Source: Podarcis vaucheri
Lineage: Eukaryota
DNA length: 64,000 nucleotides
Direction: 5' to 3' (one strand)
NCBI GenBank assembly: GCA_965113315.1
Contig: OZ220367.1
The first letter of the stretch is position 1. The number at the start of each line of letters is the position of its first letter. A program made the translations under genes and the position numbers. Below are positions 49,460 through 63,261 of the stretch, piece after piece. The notes below the pieces were generated by a model. That model was not told the origin of the DNA. It searched no databases and saw only the letters and a list, made by a program, of their open reading frames with translations.

Positions 49460-50874
49460 TCTTACATCTGCAGTACGTTAATAATACTGACCTGCCTCAC
49501 TGGGCTACAGTAAAAAAAAAAAGAATATGTAATGGAGGTATGTGAAAAGTCATCAAATGTTCTAATTAAAGCATTATATTGATGCTATAAATGATTACTA
49601 TTGTTCCCTTTTGATTGATACAGCATCCACAATATGACACGTTTTCCTGTGTGAACCAAATTGAAATGAGGAGGAGGAGGAGTGTTAATTTCAAGTATGG
49701 GGCTTGTGCAGGAGACCTTCCTGGTTTGTGTCTGTGGTCTGCTAAAAACTATTGCTTTTGACATATATCGTTGCATAGCCATATCAAACCACTTCACGGC
49801 ATAGTTTCCAGACAAATCATCTATTCCTTGACAAGTCTTGATGTTGTTATCTTATGGGTTTAAGAGAGGGAAAAATAAGGAAGCTTCTTAAGAGCTAATC
49901 TACCAAAAACATAGTGGCTATACAGAGAAATAAGTATCAAGCAGCCTGCATTTTGAAGCACTGGCACTCATGCATTAAATCATTAATGCCCCACATGAAT
50001 ACATGTTAATCGCCAAGTGATGGCAATATACATTGCTGTTTGATATAGGAACTGTCAGACGATTTTTAAAAAAAGGATTGTGCTTTTTTCCAATCACGTA
50101 GGAGAGATGGCACAGGAGCAAACTCTGATGGTCGGCAGCCACTAAAAAAAGACTCCTGCCAATATTCTCTTGTCCAACTGGGGCAAGCAAGCCAAAAGTT
50201 CTTGCTCCAGGGTGCAACTGGAGTAAATAGTCAGGTTACGATCTTCCAGCTTTTGCTTTGAAAAACAATATTCCTGCTATCCATTCTTTCCAAAAATATG
50301 AGCACAGTAATGCTGAGTGGGAATGAGACAATACAAACCACAGATCTGGAGACCAAATACTTGGAAAGGGAACAGTGAATGAATTACAAATGCATCAGAA
50401 CAGTGAAACTTTAATGAATGCCATCCTCTCACATAAGATGCTTTCCTCAGGCACTTTGACGGCCTTTCCACATGTGCATCAATTGCAGAGGGAGGGATAC
50501 GTTCCAATGAAATGTGTACAAATGCTCACATATTCAGCATTTTGTGAAAACTATGATTTCTATGATAAGCCATGATTACAGGTTTGAATGTCTCTTCACC
50601 TTTGTTAATTGCTGCTGCTGCCGCCCCTACCTTTTATTAATTTTGTTATTGTTTTGCTTTATTGTTTGTTTTACTGCTTTGTTTTCACTTTAAACTGCAA
50701 TGGTGGTATTTGGCTTGTTCTGAATAGAATTCCCTCTATAAAATCTGTTTTGGCCTTATATTCAGAAACCCAAGTGGCATGAAGTAACTTCCACAACCTG
50801 GGGCTAGTGCACAAGTTGCAAATCCCTCCCAGTCAGAAATATCCTGGTCACAGTTGCACATGCTCTGGTAATGT

Positions 50875-51075
50875 TGCTTTTGGACTAATGCAATGCACTG
50901 CATGTGGGGATGTTCAGAAACTGCAGTTAGTTCAAAATATAGCTGCTAGGTTGCTAACTAGAAATGGCTGCATTAAACATATCTTCTCAGTTTTAAAACA
51001 GCTGCAGTGGTTGCTGATCCATTTCCAAACACAATTCCAAGTGCTGGCTCTAAATGTTAAAACGCTTCATGTTAA
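50875..51075 (+). pseudogene. L2 ORF2 C-terminal relic
   Basis: VQKLQLVQNIAARLLT...HIFSVLKQLQWLLIHFQTQFQVL. Confidence 0.8.
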
Positions 51076-51489
51076 ATGTACCTAAAACCAAGCAGTTTTT
51101 GAGCAGGTGCTTGTGGACCAGATCTAGGCTCTCTTGGAAGAAACTGATTTTCTAGATTCATTTCAGTTGGGATTTAGGCCCAGTTTTGATACAGAAACTG
51201 CTTTGGACGCTGAGTACAATGACCTCTGTCAGGAGAGAGACAGGGGAAATGTGCCCCTGTTAATTCTCCTCTACCTCTCTGTGGCTTTCGGTATCATTGA
51301 CCATTGTATCCTTCTAGAGTGGCTGTCTGAGTTGCGGGTGGGTGGCACTGCTTTTCAATGGTTCCAATTCTACTTGGAGGGTTGTTTCCAGAGGGTGATA
51401 CTTGGAGAGTGGTAGTCAGCACTGTGAAACCTTCAATGTGGAGTTCCTCACGGCTCAATTTTATCCCCTTTGCTGTTTAACATCTATAT

Positions 51490-51729
51490 CATGGGTAGTC
51501 AAACTAAGGCCCAGGGGGCCGGTTCTGGCCCAATCACCTTCTCAATCCGGCCCACGGACGGTCCAGGAATCAGCATGTTTTTACATGAGTAGAATGTGTC
51601 CTTTTATTTAAAATGCATCTCTGGGTTATTTGTGGGGCATAGGAATTTGTTCAAAATATAGCCCGGCCCCCCCACAAGGTCTGAGGAACAGTGGACCGGC
51701 CCCCTGCTGAAAAAGTTTGCTGACCCCTG
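51490..51729. mobile_element. hAT MITE, family A, copy 2 (nested in L2)
   Basis: CATGGGTAGTCAAACT...AGTTTGCTGACCCCTG; perfect TSD ATCTATAT. Confidence 0.93.
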
Positions 51730-52289
51730 ATCTATATGAAACCACTAAGTGCAGTCATCTGGAGTTTTGGAGTATGCTGTCAGCAATCTGCTGATGACAC
51801 ACAGCTCTACTTCTCCTTTACATCTGCAGGTGTGGCAGTGGATGTGCTGGATTGTTGTCTTGCCTCAGTAATGGACTGAATGAGAGCCAAAAAACTGAAG
51901 CTCTACCCAGATAGCACTGAGGTGCTGTTAGTGGGTGGTTCCCTAGGCTTGATGGTTGGGAGGTGGCCTGCTCTTAATGGGGTTACACTCCCCCTGAAGG
52001 AGGTGGTGCGTAAACTGGGGGTACTTCTGAATACTTTGCTGTTGCTTGAGGCTCAGGAGGCCTCAGTGGTGCAGAGTGCTTTCCATCAGTTTCAGCAGGT
52101 GGCCCAGCTGCACCCCTCTGGACAGAGATAGCCTAACCTCTGTTGTCTATGCTCTGGTAACCTCTAGGTTAGAGTACTGCAGTGTGTTATAAGTAGGACT
52201 GCCTCTGAAGACAGTTTGGGAACTTCAGCTGGTGCAGAATTTGGTGGCCGGGTTGCTCACCCTGGCAAGATGGTTTGAGCATCTTACAC

Positions 52290-52629
52290 CAGGGGTCCCC
52301 AAACTAAGGCCCGCGGGCCGGATAAGACCCAAGGGACTCATTTATCTGGTCCCCAGCGACCCCTGTTCTTACCGGCACTGCGCTGCACGGCTGCCCACTT
52401 CTGGGTTGGAGGAGCACAGGAAATAGCTTGTGCGCATGAGCAAGCGTTATTTCTGGTGCACATCCGGGTCAGAGGAGGCCTGTGCACATGTGCACAAGCT
52501 ATTTCCAGTGCACCTCCAACCTGGAAGTGCACAGGAAATAGCGTGTGCGCACGCATATGGGCATGCACTCCCCCGCCCAATCGGTGCTGGAGACACCGGC
52601 CTGAGGCGCAGTAAGTTTGCTGACCCCTG
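52290..52629. mobile_element. hAT (Charlie-like) MITE, family D (nested in L2)
   Basis: CAGGGGTCCCCAAACT...AGTTTGCTGACCCCTG; TSD TCTTACAC/TATTACAC; excision restores L2 EHITPIL. Confidence 0.9.
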
Positions 52630-54899
52630 TATTACACCAATCCTGGCCCAACAACAATGGCTGCCAATTAGCTTCCAGGTCCAATTCAAAGTGTTGGTTT
52701 TGACCTATAAACCCTTAAACAGCTCAGAACCGCAATACCTCAAGGACTGCCTCTCCCCAAGTGAACCAACCCAGACACTGAAAACGAGCAAGAAAGAATA
52801 TTTTTAAATAGTCACACCATATATTCTCCCCACACAGAGCCCAATAAATTGGAGCCACTTGTGCATTTAGTCACAAGGCAAAGCTTCCATTTTAGTTGCT
52901 TCCATTTTTTCTTGAGAGAGTCCCTAAAGAAAAAAGGCATGCACATATAATTGGTCCTTTAAACATACGCAACCCAACACTTGGTCATTTTTCACCAGAT
53001 GTTTAACTGGTAGGAAGCAATTTTGAACATCTGCCACCAACATACAAGGAAGTTGTTTGAAGACCACATGAAACTGAGAAAAATTAAAGCACTTCCAGTT
53101 ATGTCACATCCTATGCTGCGTGTTTAGGAGAAAAAGGAAAATAAAAACCAGAATATTAATGCTGAGTCATCATGGTGATTTCAAATATGATTGAACTACA
53201 ATTGAATATGAGGGCAGCATCCATTTTCAACTGGATTTAATAATGGAGAGTTATCCTGAGCAACCAAAGTTATCAAGCATAACACAGACTTTCAAACAGG
53301 GCTCATACAGACAATGAAAATGTGAATATGAGTTCTAATAACTATACATTAATAGAAACTCAAGGATTTTGGGGGCCTTCAACTCATGTACCCACAGTAG
53401 ACCTGAAGGAGGCACAGCATGGAGAAAGGAAGTAATCCTTCAATTTTCATATGTGCCGCCCCCTACACACACACTGAATGACCCACATATCCTATTTCAT
53501 TTCTACTTCCTTAAGGAGTCTTAAATATTTAACTTGCAGGCTGTCAGGTAAAGATTAGAAGATGTGTGTAAATGATCAGAATGTTAAACACATTATTTTA
53601 ACATAAAAGTGATGATTTATTTAGCTCTCTTACCTGCTTTCCCCTTTTGAATTAATTGCTGTTGATAACTTTATTAGCTTCACTAGCAGCCCATCAATCC
53701 CTCTGGCATGAATTTTACAAAGTGGAAGAAATCTGATATTTTGCAGAGTTCCCTCTCTGGTTAATCCCTTGGCTAGTACATCAGGGCAAATTTACAATGT
53801 TATTTAAGCAGAGAACAATGCTTAAAAGCTTAACAATCAGCCCTAGCTAATTTAGGAGGCTTTACAGAAGGTCCCATGAGTAGGCTTCTTGTGTAAGGAG
53901 AAGATCATAGTGTCCTTTGCATCTTCCCCTTGGGTAGGGGGGGGGAACGACTAACTACCAGTTCCTTAATGAGATAAAGCTGGGGAGTGTGTTACTTATT
54001 TATTTATGTGGTATTAAAATATGAATCACAAAAAGCCAAATTAATATAAATGCTTGTTTAAGATGGCCAAGCCTCTTTAAATCAAGTCTCTCCTACATTT
54101 CCCCATTCTCTCTAGTTTTTGTAAGGTTTATGGCTGCACAATGTAGCTTTCAAGGTACCAGCTAACCTCACAGGGGCCCCATAGCTTACATACTTTCCTA
54201 TAAAGAGGTATCTATATCTAGAATCGCACCCAGACTGCCAGAAAAAGAGCACTGAAACCATTTAAACCACTGTGGAAACATGTGTGATGAAAATTTTACA
54301 CACACAAATCTCCTTTTCTTTACAAATGCTAAATACATTTCATGTACATGAGCTGCAAGTGCTCCCTATTCTGATTATTGCAATTGTTATTTTTTGCTCA
54401 GATGAGCCTGTACATATTCATTATTAAACATGTATGAACAAACATTCCTGTTTTTCAAAATTCCTAGCTTCAACCCACCCCCATCTGCCTTTAAAATCTG
54501 TAGTCATCTTTTCCTTTCTTGCCGTGAAAGGATTATAACTAGTCAGTGTAAGCTCAGCATTTTGAGTCTAAAAGCATCACTTTGGTTATGTCCATCACTC
54601 TGCTTTGTCATCATTCTGGCTTATCCGCAACAATAACTGGTACATATTCTTTCTGATGGTTGAGCCCTAGCTAAATAAAATAGCACATTTCCAGACCCAC
54701 TGCCACCCCAAAAACCCCTCTTTCAGGACTTGATAATTTGAAGAGATTCCAAAATCGTGTTGCTCTAGTCCTCAAGTGAGTGCACACTGGAAATGGGAGG
54801 TATGTCAGAAAAGTTAGGGATCTATCATAACAGGTTAGGATAATAAGTGAAAGACAACCATCCATTTAACAAAGAAAAACTGGAAGTTCTTCCATAATC

Positions 54900-55050
54900 C
54901 AGTGCTTTCCCCCCCTAATTTTTTTTTAGTGGTGCTCCCATTTTTCTACTCATATTGAAATACTGCCCCTCAATGAGGCCAAACTTAGATTCACAACATG
55001 TTTAAGGGTATGTGTACCCCTGTGTACCCCCCCCCCGAAGAAAAGCACTG
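54900..55050. mobile_element. hAT MITE, family E
   Basis: TIR CAGTGCTTT/AAAGCACTG; perfect TSD CCATAATC. Confidence 0.85.
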
Positions 55051-55399
55051 CCATAATCTATCAGAGCTCCTTCTCTAGGTTCGCCTGACCAAGAGTGTGT
55101 GGTGACAAGGAAGAGGGACTTTTTGGTGGTGACATCTGATGTATGGAATGCCCTCCCCATTATGGTGCCCATAATATGATCTTTTGGGTAGCATTTTTAA
55201 AACTTCTGGTTTAAAAATTATTTTATCCTTCTGCATTTTGGCTGGCTTTTAGAAACATTTATCCGCATTGTTTAAAAAGAACAAAAAGTGTTTTTTTTTT
55301 TAAATATAAAAAAATTACACGCAATATGTGCAGCAATAAAACTGCTAGAGCATTTGCAAGCAAAGCAGGGTTTCACATTGGGTGGGGGGCTGTGTGTTG

Positions 55400-55465
55400 A
55401 GATTCCTGCATTGCAGGCGGTCGGACTAGATGACCCTCATAATCCCTTCCAACTCTTCGACTCTA
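55400..55465 (+). mobile_element. SINE/CR1-type 3' tail fragment
   Basis: GATTCCTGCATTGCAGGCGGTCGGACTAGATGACCCTC...CCCTTCCAACTCT. Confidence 0.7.
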
Positions 55466-55576
55466 TTAATAGGTGGTATATAAAATGTAATTTAAAAAAT
55501 GTAAATAATGATGAGAAAGTTATCAGGTCAGTGAAGGAGCCTCTGCTACTTCACAGTCACACAGGAGACCCTAGAT

Positions 55577-55714
55577 CAGCCTTTCTCAACCTGTGGGTCC
55601 CCAGATGTTGTTGGACTACAACTCCCATCACCCCTAGCTAGCAAGGCCAGCGCTCAGGGATGATGGGAGTTGTAGTCCAACAACATCTGGGGACCCCCAG
55701 GTTGATAACTGCTG
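55577..55714. mobile_element. Fold-back hAT MITE, family F
   Basis: Almost wholly palindromic (GGGTCCCCAGATGTTGTTGGACTACAACTCCCATCA / TGATGGGAGTTGTAGTCCAACAACATCTGGGGACCC); flanks CCCTAGAT/CCCCAGAT; decayed relatives near 3120, 4750, 22430, 59180, 63640. Confidence 0.88.
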
Positions 55715-58700
55715 CCCCAGATAGTAGATGGTTTTCAGCAATAGGGCAAGGCCCTACATAACTCCCACCAACTCAGCAAAAAACTGGATTTGACAGGATA
55801 CATAGCACTTCGGAAGCAGCCAAGTTTTCATGAGTACTTACTGTTTGGAGAAAGTTACATTTTGGATTGCAGTATTACAGAGAAAACCCAGTTGTCTTTT
55901 TAAAATATCCTTTTCACATTGCAGTCTTGTATTTCAAGGCCATGAGGCTGGTTCAATATTTCCCAGCGGGAGACAACTACCATTACAAATTCCCAACAAT
56001 TTGCATCTACAGATCTCATTTTAGACCAGCAGCAAATCATTTTTTCACACTGGGATCCTAGAAGCTGCTATATTTTTTTGTCTTAATGAAATTGCTTCTG
56101 CAGTAAGCACATCAAATAATATGATTTGTTAGGGTTCCCCCTCCATGATGGGAAAGCCATGATGTTTGAAGCGAAGAAGACAAATTTGATTTAGGAGAGC
56201 TCATCATACAGGAAACCAACTGTCCCACTTTTTACTCAGATATTCAATATTCAGAATAACATCCCCAGGGAAGAACCTGGTATGCTGAAGCCTCTCCAAA
56301 ATGAAGTCTGAAATGAATGAAAATGGGTTCTTATACATTTTCATTGCACGAGAACTGGTGTGGCTTGTGTTAGATCAATTGGTTCTTTTACAAAGGGTCT
56401 TAGATTAACTGATGGAAATTCATGAAGATGACTTGAAAATATGTTCTTTCCGACTTTGGAAAAAATTCCCCAAGAAACACATCTTCCCTTATGTGAAATT
56501 ACTGGTAGCTGTGATGAAAGGAAAGGAAGAATATAATAAAGAGACCGAGTGGTTTTTGTGTGTGCAAAAACATTGGACTGGTATTTTGTATTTCTTTGTC
56601 CCATTTAAGAGATATAGTGGGCTTATTTGTCAGTGGTGTTGAGAAGTGCCTTCAAAGTTTTATTAAAATAGTTACCAGTTTTTTCCATGCTAGTATTGCT
56701 ATTTTAACTTTTGGGTGAATATACATTAACTCCATGACCTCTTCAATCAATCTAGGCTCAATCTATTTCCTCGTAATTTTTTTGTTAAAGTCAAAGTTCC
56801 TTCCACAGACCACCATTCTTTCCATCCTATTTCTCCTCCCTAGGCTTTCTAAGGTTAATTTGTACTCATTATCCCATCATGCATGAGAGAATATGTAAGA
56901 TGCAGCTCATTATAATGGGACAGAGGGAGTTACACTGAATCTCCCTTTCCACCAAATTCTTGCAGGCAAAGATTTAGCAGCTGATCATTTCAATCCACCT
57001 CCTGGACCTGTCCATGTTCTCTCTCCAATAATGTGCCCTCACTCAGTCTTCCTTCTCCCTTCCTTATTTCGCATCTCCTTCTCTAGCCTTCTGCCTGCCC
57101 CAACCCTCACTAGCTTCTTAGCTTCACAGAGTCATTGCAGGGATTAACTGAGGAGGGGTATGGACAATCTACTACTCCTTGGAGAAAAAGGTGGGATATC
57201 AATGCAATAAATAAGTTCTTCTGCTTACCTGCTTGAGAAAGCTAGAGGGGCAAACCAGATGGAAATATCCAACCTGCCATCCTGTGATCACCACGTGGAT
57301 CACAAAAAGCCTGGCAAATTTTGAACACTGCTCATAGATGTTATAACTCTGCTGATATGAATACCCTCACAATAATTAGAGCCATCAAATCTCTCTAGGC
57401 ATAATTAGTGGCTGACCAGGGAAATATTACCAATTTACAGAAGTGAAAGAAATCCCCTTACCCCTGCCCCAGTGGTGATTAGTCTCCATAATACCTCACA
57501 CCTGGTTGTGTAAAAACAAACGATTGCTTGCATGAGGTAATTTCCTATAAGCAGAAAGTAAGAGGGGCAAGCAGGTTAAGTGACCTAGCCAAGGAGACAC
57601 GTTGTAGGTTAAAAGGAAAAAGGAGGAAAGGAACTCGATACTTATTGGCTTATCATACATTAGGACTCTATGCTTCTGACCACAATCATTCTTCCAAAAG
57701 ACATTTATCCTGTTTAAAGCCAATGACAAAACTGAAATTGACTCTTTTAGCTTGAAGTGATTCCACACACAGCACTGACCCAGGATTTCAAACATGGAAA
57801 ATTTCAACAAAGAGGCAAGTTCATACTATGGAATTCAGATCTTGAATCAGACAAAGCCAGAGAACCTTAGTTTTAAATCAATCTGTGTCATATTTGGCAT
57901 TTCTGTTAGGAAACTGTTGTTTCTTTCATCTCATCCTCTGTCTGAATCCCGCCTTCAGGGTGTATATGCCCTCCCTTTTTACTGCCAGCATGTCATTCTC
58001 AGCATATTAAATTGAGACTTCTTAGAAAATTAACACACAAAACCAAAACAGAAAACCCACAGAGACTTAGTCCACCACAAACATAAGATTCTTCTTTCTT
58101 TAAGCCACGTCCCCAGACACACTCTAAATAACTTAGGAAACAAACAGACTGAACAAACAGAGCAACCAAGTTGTGTTAGTTTTTTAAAAAGTTTACTTCC
58201 ACTAAATATTACAGAAAACCTGTTCAAAACTCTGAAGGGCAAGGAGCAATCTTGACAAATTACAGAACAATGGCCAAATTGAACACTGCCCCTTCCTGGA
58301 TTGTCCCACTGAAGACTGCAGGTAGAGCTTCATACATCTGAACAAAACCAAAAACACTGCAGATGGAAAGTTGGCATACTGAAGAGGCGGCTAAAATTCT
58401 TTTTTCCTGACATGGTTGCAGCCCGGTGAACCAGTCAAAGATGCAATATGTTCCACCTAAAGTGATACAGGCATGATATGACTCTTGTGACTGTACCACA
58501 AGACACATCCTTTGTAACACTACCTAATCATATACATTCAAAACTACTAAATAGTATTTTTTTTAACAAAGCTGACAATCACAATGATGATTCAGCGGCA
58601 CTCCCCTCTCACTATATTAAAAAATTAATAAAGTCACTGACTCTATCAAGGTTGAAATTTGGCTGACATCTGAAGTGAGCTGAAGGAAAGAACAGAACTG

Positions 58701-60314
58701 CTATTTCTGCTATCAAACATCTCACATTGAGCCTCCTATCCAGGTGGTCTAAGATTAATTTGCTTCAGTATCTGCAAAGGTACTTTCTCCTGCACATTCC
58801 TGCCCTGGAGCTGCTCCTCCCACCTCCCCTCTCCCTTTCATCTGCCTGCAGAGATATCGAACAGTGTCTCTCACTGACAAAGCTTTGGTGTGTGATCTCA
58901 TCCTGCACTCAGTCCCCTCGCCTGGCCCCTGCTTGCCCTTCTGCCAAGAGCAAAGCAGCACCAGGAGGAATGAACAAACGGACCACAGCACACCATTAAA
59001 TTATTCTGTAAAACATTTAAGTATAGCAGGTTTATTTCCTTCTTTTAGCACCCACCCCATCCCAAATAAGTGCCAAAATGAATATATCTATTTTTGCTGA
59101 GACAGATCCTTTGAAAGCAATGTATCATCTTCTGTTGTTTAAATATAGAGGAGGCGGACAATGCTCCTCTTCCATGAGCACAAGGGTGGCCAATACTGTG
59201 TACTCCAGATGTTTTAGACTACATTCCTGACCACTAGCTATGTTGTGGTCCACCTGATGAGAGCTGGAGTCCAATAACATCTGGGGGGGTACCATGACTC
59301 TCCTCTAGCAATCTGAATAAGCATCTCTGGATGGAAAGAGCAACAGAGGAAACCTACTTTGGGGAGAATGCATGAACTTCATATTACAACCTTACACAGG
59401 AAATAGAATACAATACAAAGGATATGCATGTGACTTTTGCTTTTATTGCCATTATCTCTGAATATGTACTCTCAGAACTGGGCTTTGGCACCTGAACATG
59501 CAAAGAGCTAACGTGTAAGTACTAGAAGCCTTGATCTGGTAGCTACATGAGGAATGGGAATTTCCTGAAGGAAGGGCCAATTCAAAGGCATAGTCAATTG
59601 GAGGCCAAAGTCTGGTGCAAGGAAACTGTTAGAGGGAGGGCAGGAAGACTGATAAGGAAACTGACATCCTTCCAGCTTTCAAAGGAAGTTGGTATACTTG
59701 GATATACAGAGGGTCTAGCAGGCTGACAGGCAGAAAGCAAGCAGCAATAATGGATATTGCCTAGGCAAAGATACATGTCTGACCTGGAGGAATTTGTAGC
59801 ATTGTGCGAAGGCACCAATGAGCTATAGAGTGTTGGGGAATGGAGTCATGCCAGGACCCAGAAAGACAATACTGTCCCTACTTCTTCCATTATGCAGTCT
59901 CAATGTGGCTCAATGAAAGAGGGAGGCAGCGTAGAGTCAAACAGCGTAGAGGTCTGCAGTGTGGAAGCAAACAAGCTCATGACCTACCTGCTGTGCGGTA
60001 ACAAGCCAATGCCACTCACTAACAATTGTTTCAGGACCAAATGTCATGTGTATTTAGAAGAAGCTGTGTTTCATTTACCTTCAAGGTAGGAAATGTTGCA
60101 TCTGACCTCCTGCCAAGAGAGAGGAACAAGTCCAGCGCAGAGCTTGGGCTCTGCAGTGACTAAGAGGCTGGCGTTGAAATGGGAAATCAACAAACACATT
60201 AAGTGGCCTTTGGCACATAATAGTCTTTCAGTCTCACTTTGTTCCCCCCCCCCTCCACAATATGGAGGGTGATAATAATACAATGCCATCTTAAATGCAC
60301 TGTATGATGTGCTT

Positions 60315-60544
60315 CATAGGTGCTGAGTGTGTGGGGCTGTGGGGGCTCCAGCCCCCACAACATTCCCCATGAAGGGCCAGGGCACCCACATTTTTTTGCA
60401 TGCCACTGGATCGTTTGTGCCTGGCATCAGCATGGGCTCCTGCTGAGCGTGCCCCTGAGGGAGCCCACTGCGCCCAGCCTGGCACGCTGCCCAGCTTCGC
60501 AGAGGGGCGGCCAACTCCAGAGGACCCAACGGAAAGGCCCGACG
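60315..60544. mobile_element. Possible old GC-rich hAT MITE
   Basis: GC-rich island bounded by direct repeat ATGTGCTT; TIRs poorly matched. Confidence 0.4.
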
Positions 60545-61297
60545 ATGTGCTTTGAATACTCCAAAACACTAAGCACTATTCTTGTTAATAAAGGAGGAAA
60601 TGCCAAGGCTACATTGACAAAGTGGCAGCTCATAGGGTGTAACACAGGCACAACTTTATTATATCCTTCTTTCAGGATTGCACTCTAATTTTCGAATGCT
60701 TGTTCACACCACTTGACTCCTGCCCTTAGCGTTCTTAAAAACAATTCAAATTAACCACAGGGATAACTGGGGATTAGCTAGGCTAAACAAATAAGACTTA
60801 AAACCATCACTTCAAAATCCTGGTAAGCAGCACAGATGACCCCAAAAGTAATGATTTTTTTACCAAAATAAGAAGAGCAAAGAGCTCTAAAATGTGAAGA
60901 CCAATAAGCTAAAATGTGGCAGAATGTCCTCTTCCAAAAAAAGATCATAACTACACTAACATGTGTTTTCTCTTTGAAATCTGAGATATAACACTTTTCA
61001 ACATGGCACTCATAGGAGCTGATCATACAGGAACCGAAGTCTGTCAAGACTTGCAAATGAAAAGCAAACACTGTGATATTGATAGCTATCTTGGGGAGAA
61101 GATAAGAGAGCACTGGTCAAAATACAGTAAGTACCTGGATGGGTTATTTTGGACGGGCATCTGGGAATGCCCCCAAGCACAAAGATATTTGTCCCAGATT
61201 AAAAGGGCAGATTTTGATTAATAGCAAGAGTAGCTGACTTCGTAGGATCCCTTAAATGTCAGAAAAGATCCAAAGTAGTTCAGGAGAATCACTTCAG

Positions 61298-61490
61298 GTG
61301 TAGTGCAGTGGCTGAGACCTTGAGCAGAGAATTTGCCAGTTCAAATCTTACCACTATCCTGAACTTGCTGGGTGGCTGTACCCATCCTATCGTCTGCAAT
61401 ATAGGCATCATCATAATAACCTGCCTTACAGAGTTGCAAGGATCATGAACGCAAAGGATCATGAACGCAAAGGATTGCAAATGACTTCTT
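61298..61490 (+). mobile_element. Old MIR/CORE-like SINE
   Basis: GTGTAGTGCAGTGG...AGTTCAAATC...TCTGCAATATAGGCATCATCATAATAACCTGCCTTACAGAGTTG; contains a 16-bp tandem duplication at 61438-61469. Confidence 0.55.
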
Positions 61491-62648
61491 AAGAACACAT
61501 TCTACAGTTAAAGCCTGACAAGACTAAAATTAAAAACGGCAAGTTAAGCAACTACCAAGTCATTAACTTATAGAAAGTTGCAAAATGGAAAGGGATTTGA
61601 ATGAACGGCCACACTTTCCCACCAATTATGTTGAATTAATTTCACTCCAATAAACATGGAGATTAATTCAAATCCAGCTCCATTATTGGACAAACACTTG
61701 GAAGCCATTTGTTGCCAATGGCAAATTAATTTTTGTCATGACTGTGACATTTTCCTCATGCCAGTTACTTTTAAAACATTACTCTATTAGAAAAGCTAGA
61801 TATGATCTATTAAGAAGATAAGGAAGTTGATCTCCCTTGTGCAATGATGTTCTCTGAAGGCCCATCATGCTAAACACAGAGCTATTTGTAACAGTTCACA
61901 CAACAAGCTCCCTGTGGAGGAAATGTTTTCCGAACTGGCAGCATAGAAGTACCACAAAATGTCAAGTCTTAAAAGTGACTGGTTCAAATAACAAGATTTC
62001 AGCTCACAAAAACAAGCACACTGCTGCTGCTGTATCAGTGACAAAGTAAAAATGTCTGAGGTCTTGTCTTCTTAAAAAGGCGGGTATTAGGAAGTGCAGC
62101 TGGAAGTTTGCTGTCAAAATTTATCCAGATTTTTCTCTATTTAGCCTTGACTGTATCCACGTGAAAGTATCTCTCTTTACAACCACAGAGCCACAAATCT
62201 AGCTAATGTATCTATATTTCTTTCTGGCGACCAAGATGCTAACTGAACTCACAACCATTTCATAAGCACCAGAAAAAAAAGGCAGAGAAAAGCCATATAC
62301 CCTAGTTTATTTTCCCTTATTGGTCTGAGAAATAGTGGAAAAAAGACACGACGGGGCAGGGTCTTAAATACCAAAACATTAGTCTTTTAACTGATGGCTG
62401 GGCTCCACAAATGGGTCCCAGCTATTTTTTAAAATGCAGCTATTGTAACTTTCCTGTATGATCCACAGTGCAAAAACTTGATACCATCACTCCATAGAAT
62501 AGCTCACTAGGAAATTTGTTAACAGCCAGATTTAAAGGAAATCCAATCATCTGTGTAGATTCTGTCCAGAGAGCTTAGTGCAGCCTTTCTCAACCTTGAG
62601 TCCTCAGATGTACTACAACTCCCATCATCCCTGATCACTGCCACAGGA

Positions 62649-63070
62649 TAATTAATTAATTAATTAAATAATAATAATAATAATTTATACCCCACCTATC
62701 TAGCTGGGTTTCACCAGTTACTCTGGGCAGCTTTCAACAACATATTAAAATACAGTAGTCCATCAAACATTAAAAGCTTCCCTAAACAGGGATGCCATCA
62801 GATGTCTTCTAAAAGTCTGGTAGTTGTTGTTCTCTGACATCTGGTGGGAGGGCGTTCCACAGGGCAGGTGCCACTACCGAGAAGGCCCTGTGCCTGGTTC
62901 CCTGTAACTTAGCTTCTCACAGTGAGGGAACCACCAGAAGGCCCTCGGCGCTGGACCTCAGTGTCCGGGCAGAAGGATGGGGGTGGAGACGCTCTTTCAG
63001 GTATACTGGACCAAGGCCGTTTAGGGCTTTAAAGGTCGGCACCAACACTTTGAATTGTGCTCAGAAATGT
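62649..63070 (-). mobile_element. L2 LINE 3' end, (ATT)n tail, nested in MITE
   Basis: Homologous to 21070-21470. Confidence 0.9.
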
Positions 63071-63102
63071 TGTTGCAGTCCAACAACATTTAGGGACCCA
63101 AG

Positions 63103-63261
63103 CAGGCCTGTGCAGAGCTTGTCTGAGGCCCAGGGCAGGAGTCTTGTTCTTGGCATGACAGCGTAAGTCCAGCAGGCCCCTGGTAGGGGCCCCAGGCTAT
63201 CTGAGCCCTTTGAGGCCCTGGAAAAGTGGACCTGGCTGCCCGTCCTCTCTACACAGGCCTG
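63103..63261. mobile_element. hAT MITE, family G, nested in MITE
   Basis: TIR CAGGCCTGTGCAGAG/CTCTACACAGGCCTG; flanks GACCCAAG/GACCCAAA. Confidence 0.8.

Larger units (their letters stand above)
51090..52785 (+). pseudogene. Degraded L2 LINE ORF2 (RT domain to C-terminus) with two nested MITEs
   Basis: LDSFQLGFRPSFDTETAL, LLILLYLSVAFGIIDH, ADDTQLY, VRKLGVLL, HITPILAQQQWLPISFQVQFKVLVLTYK; stops and frameshifts present. Confidence 0.9.
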
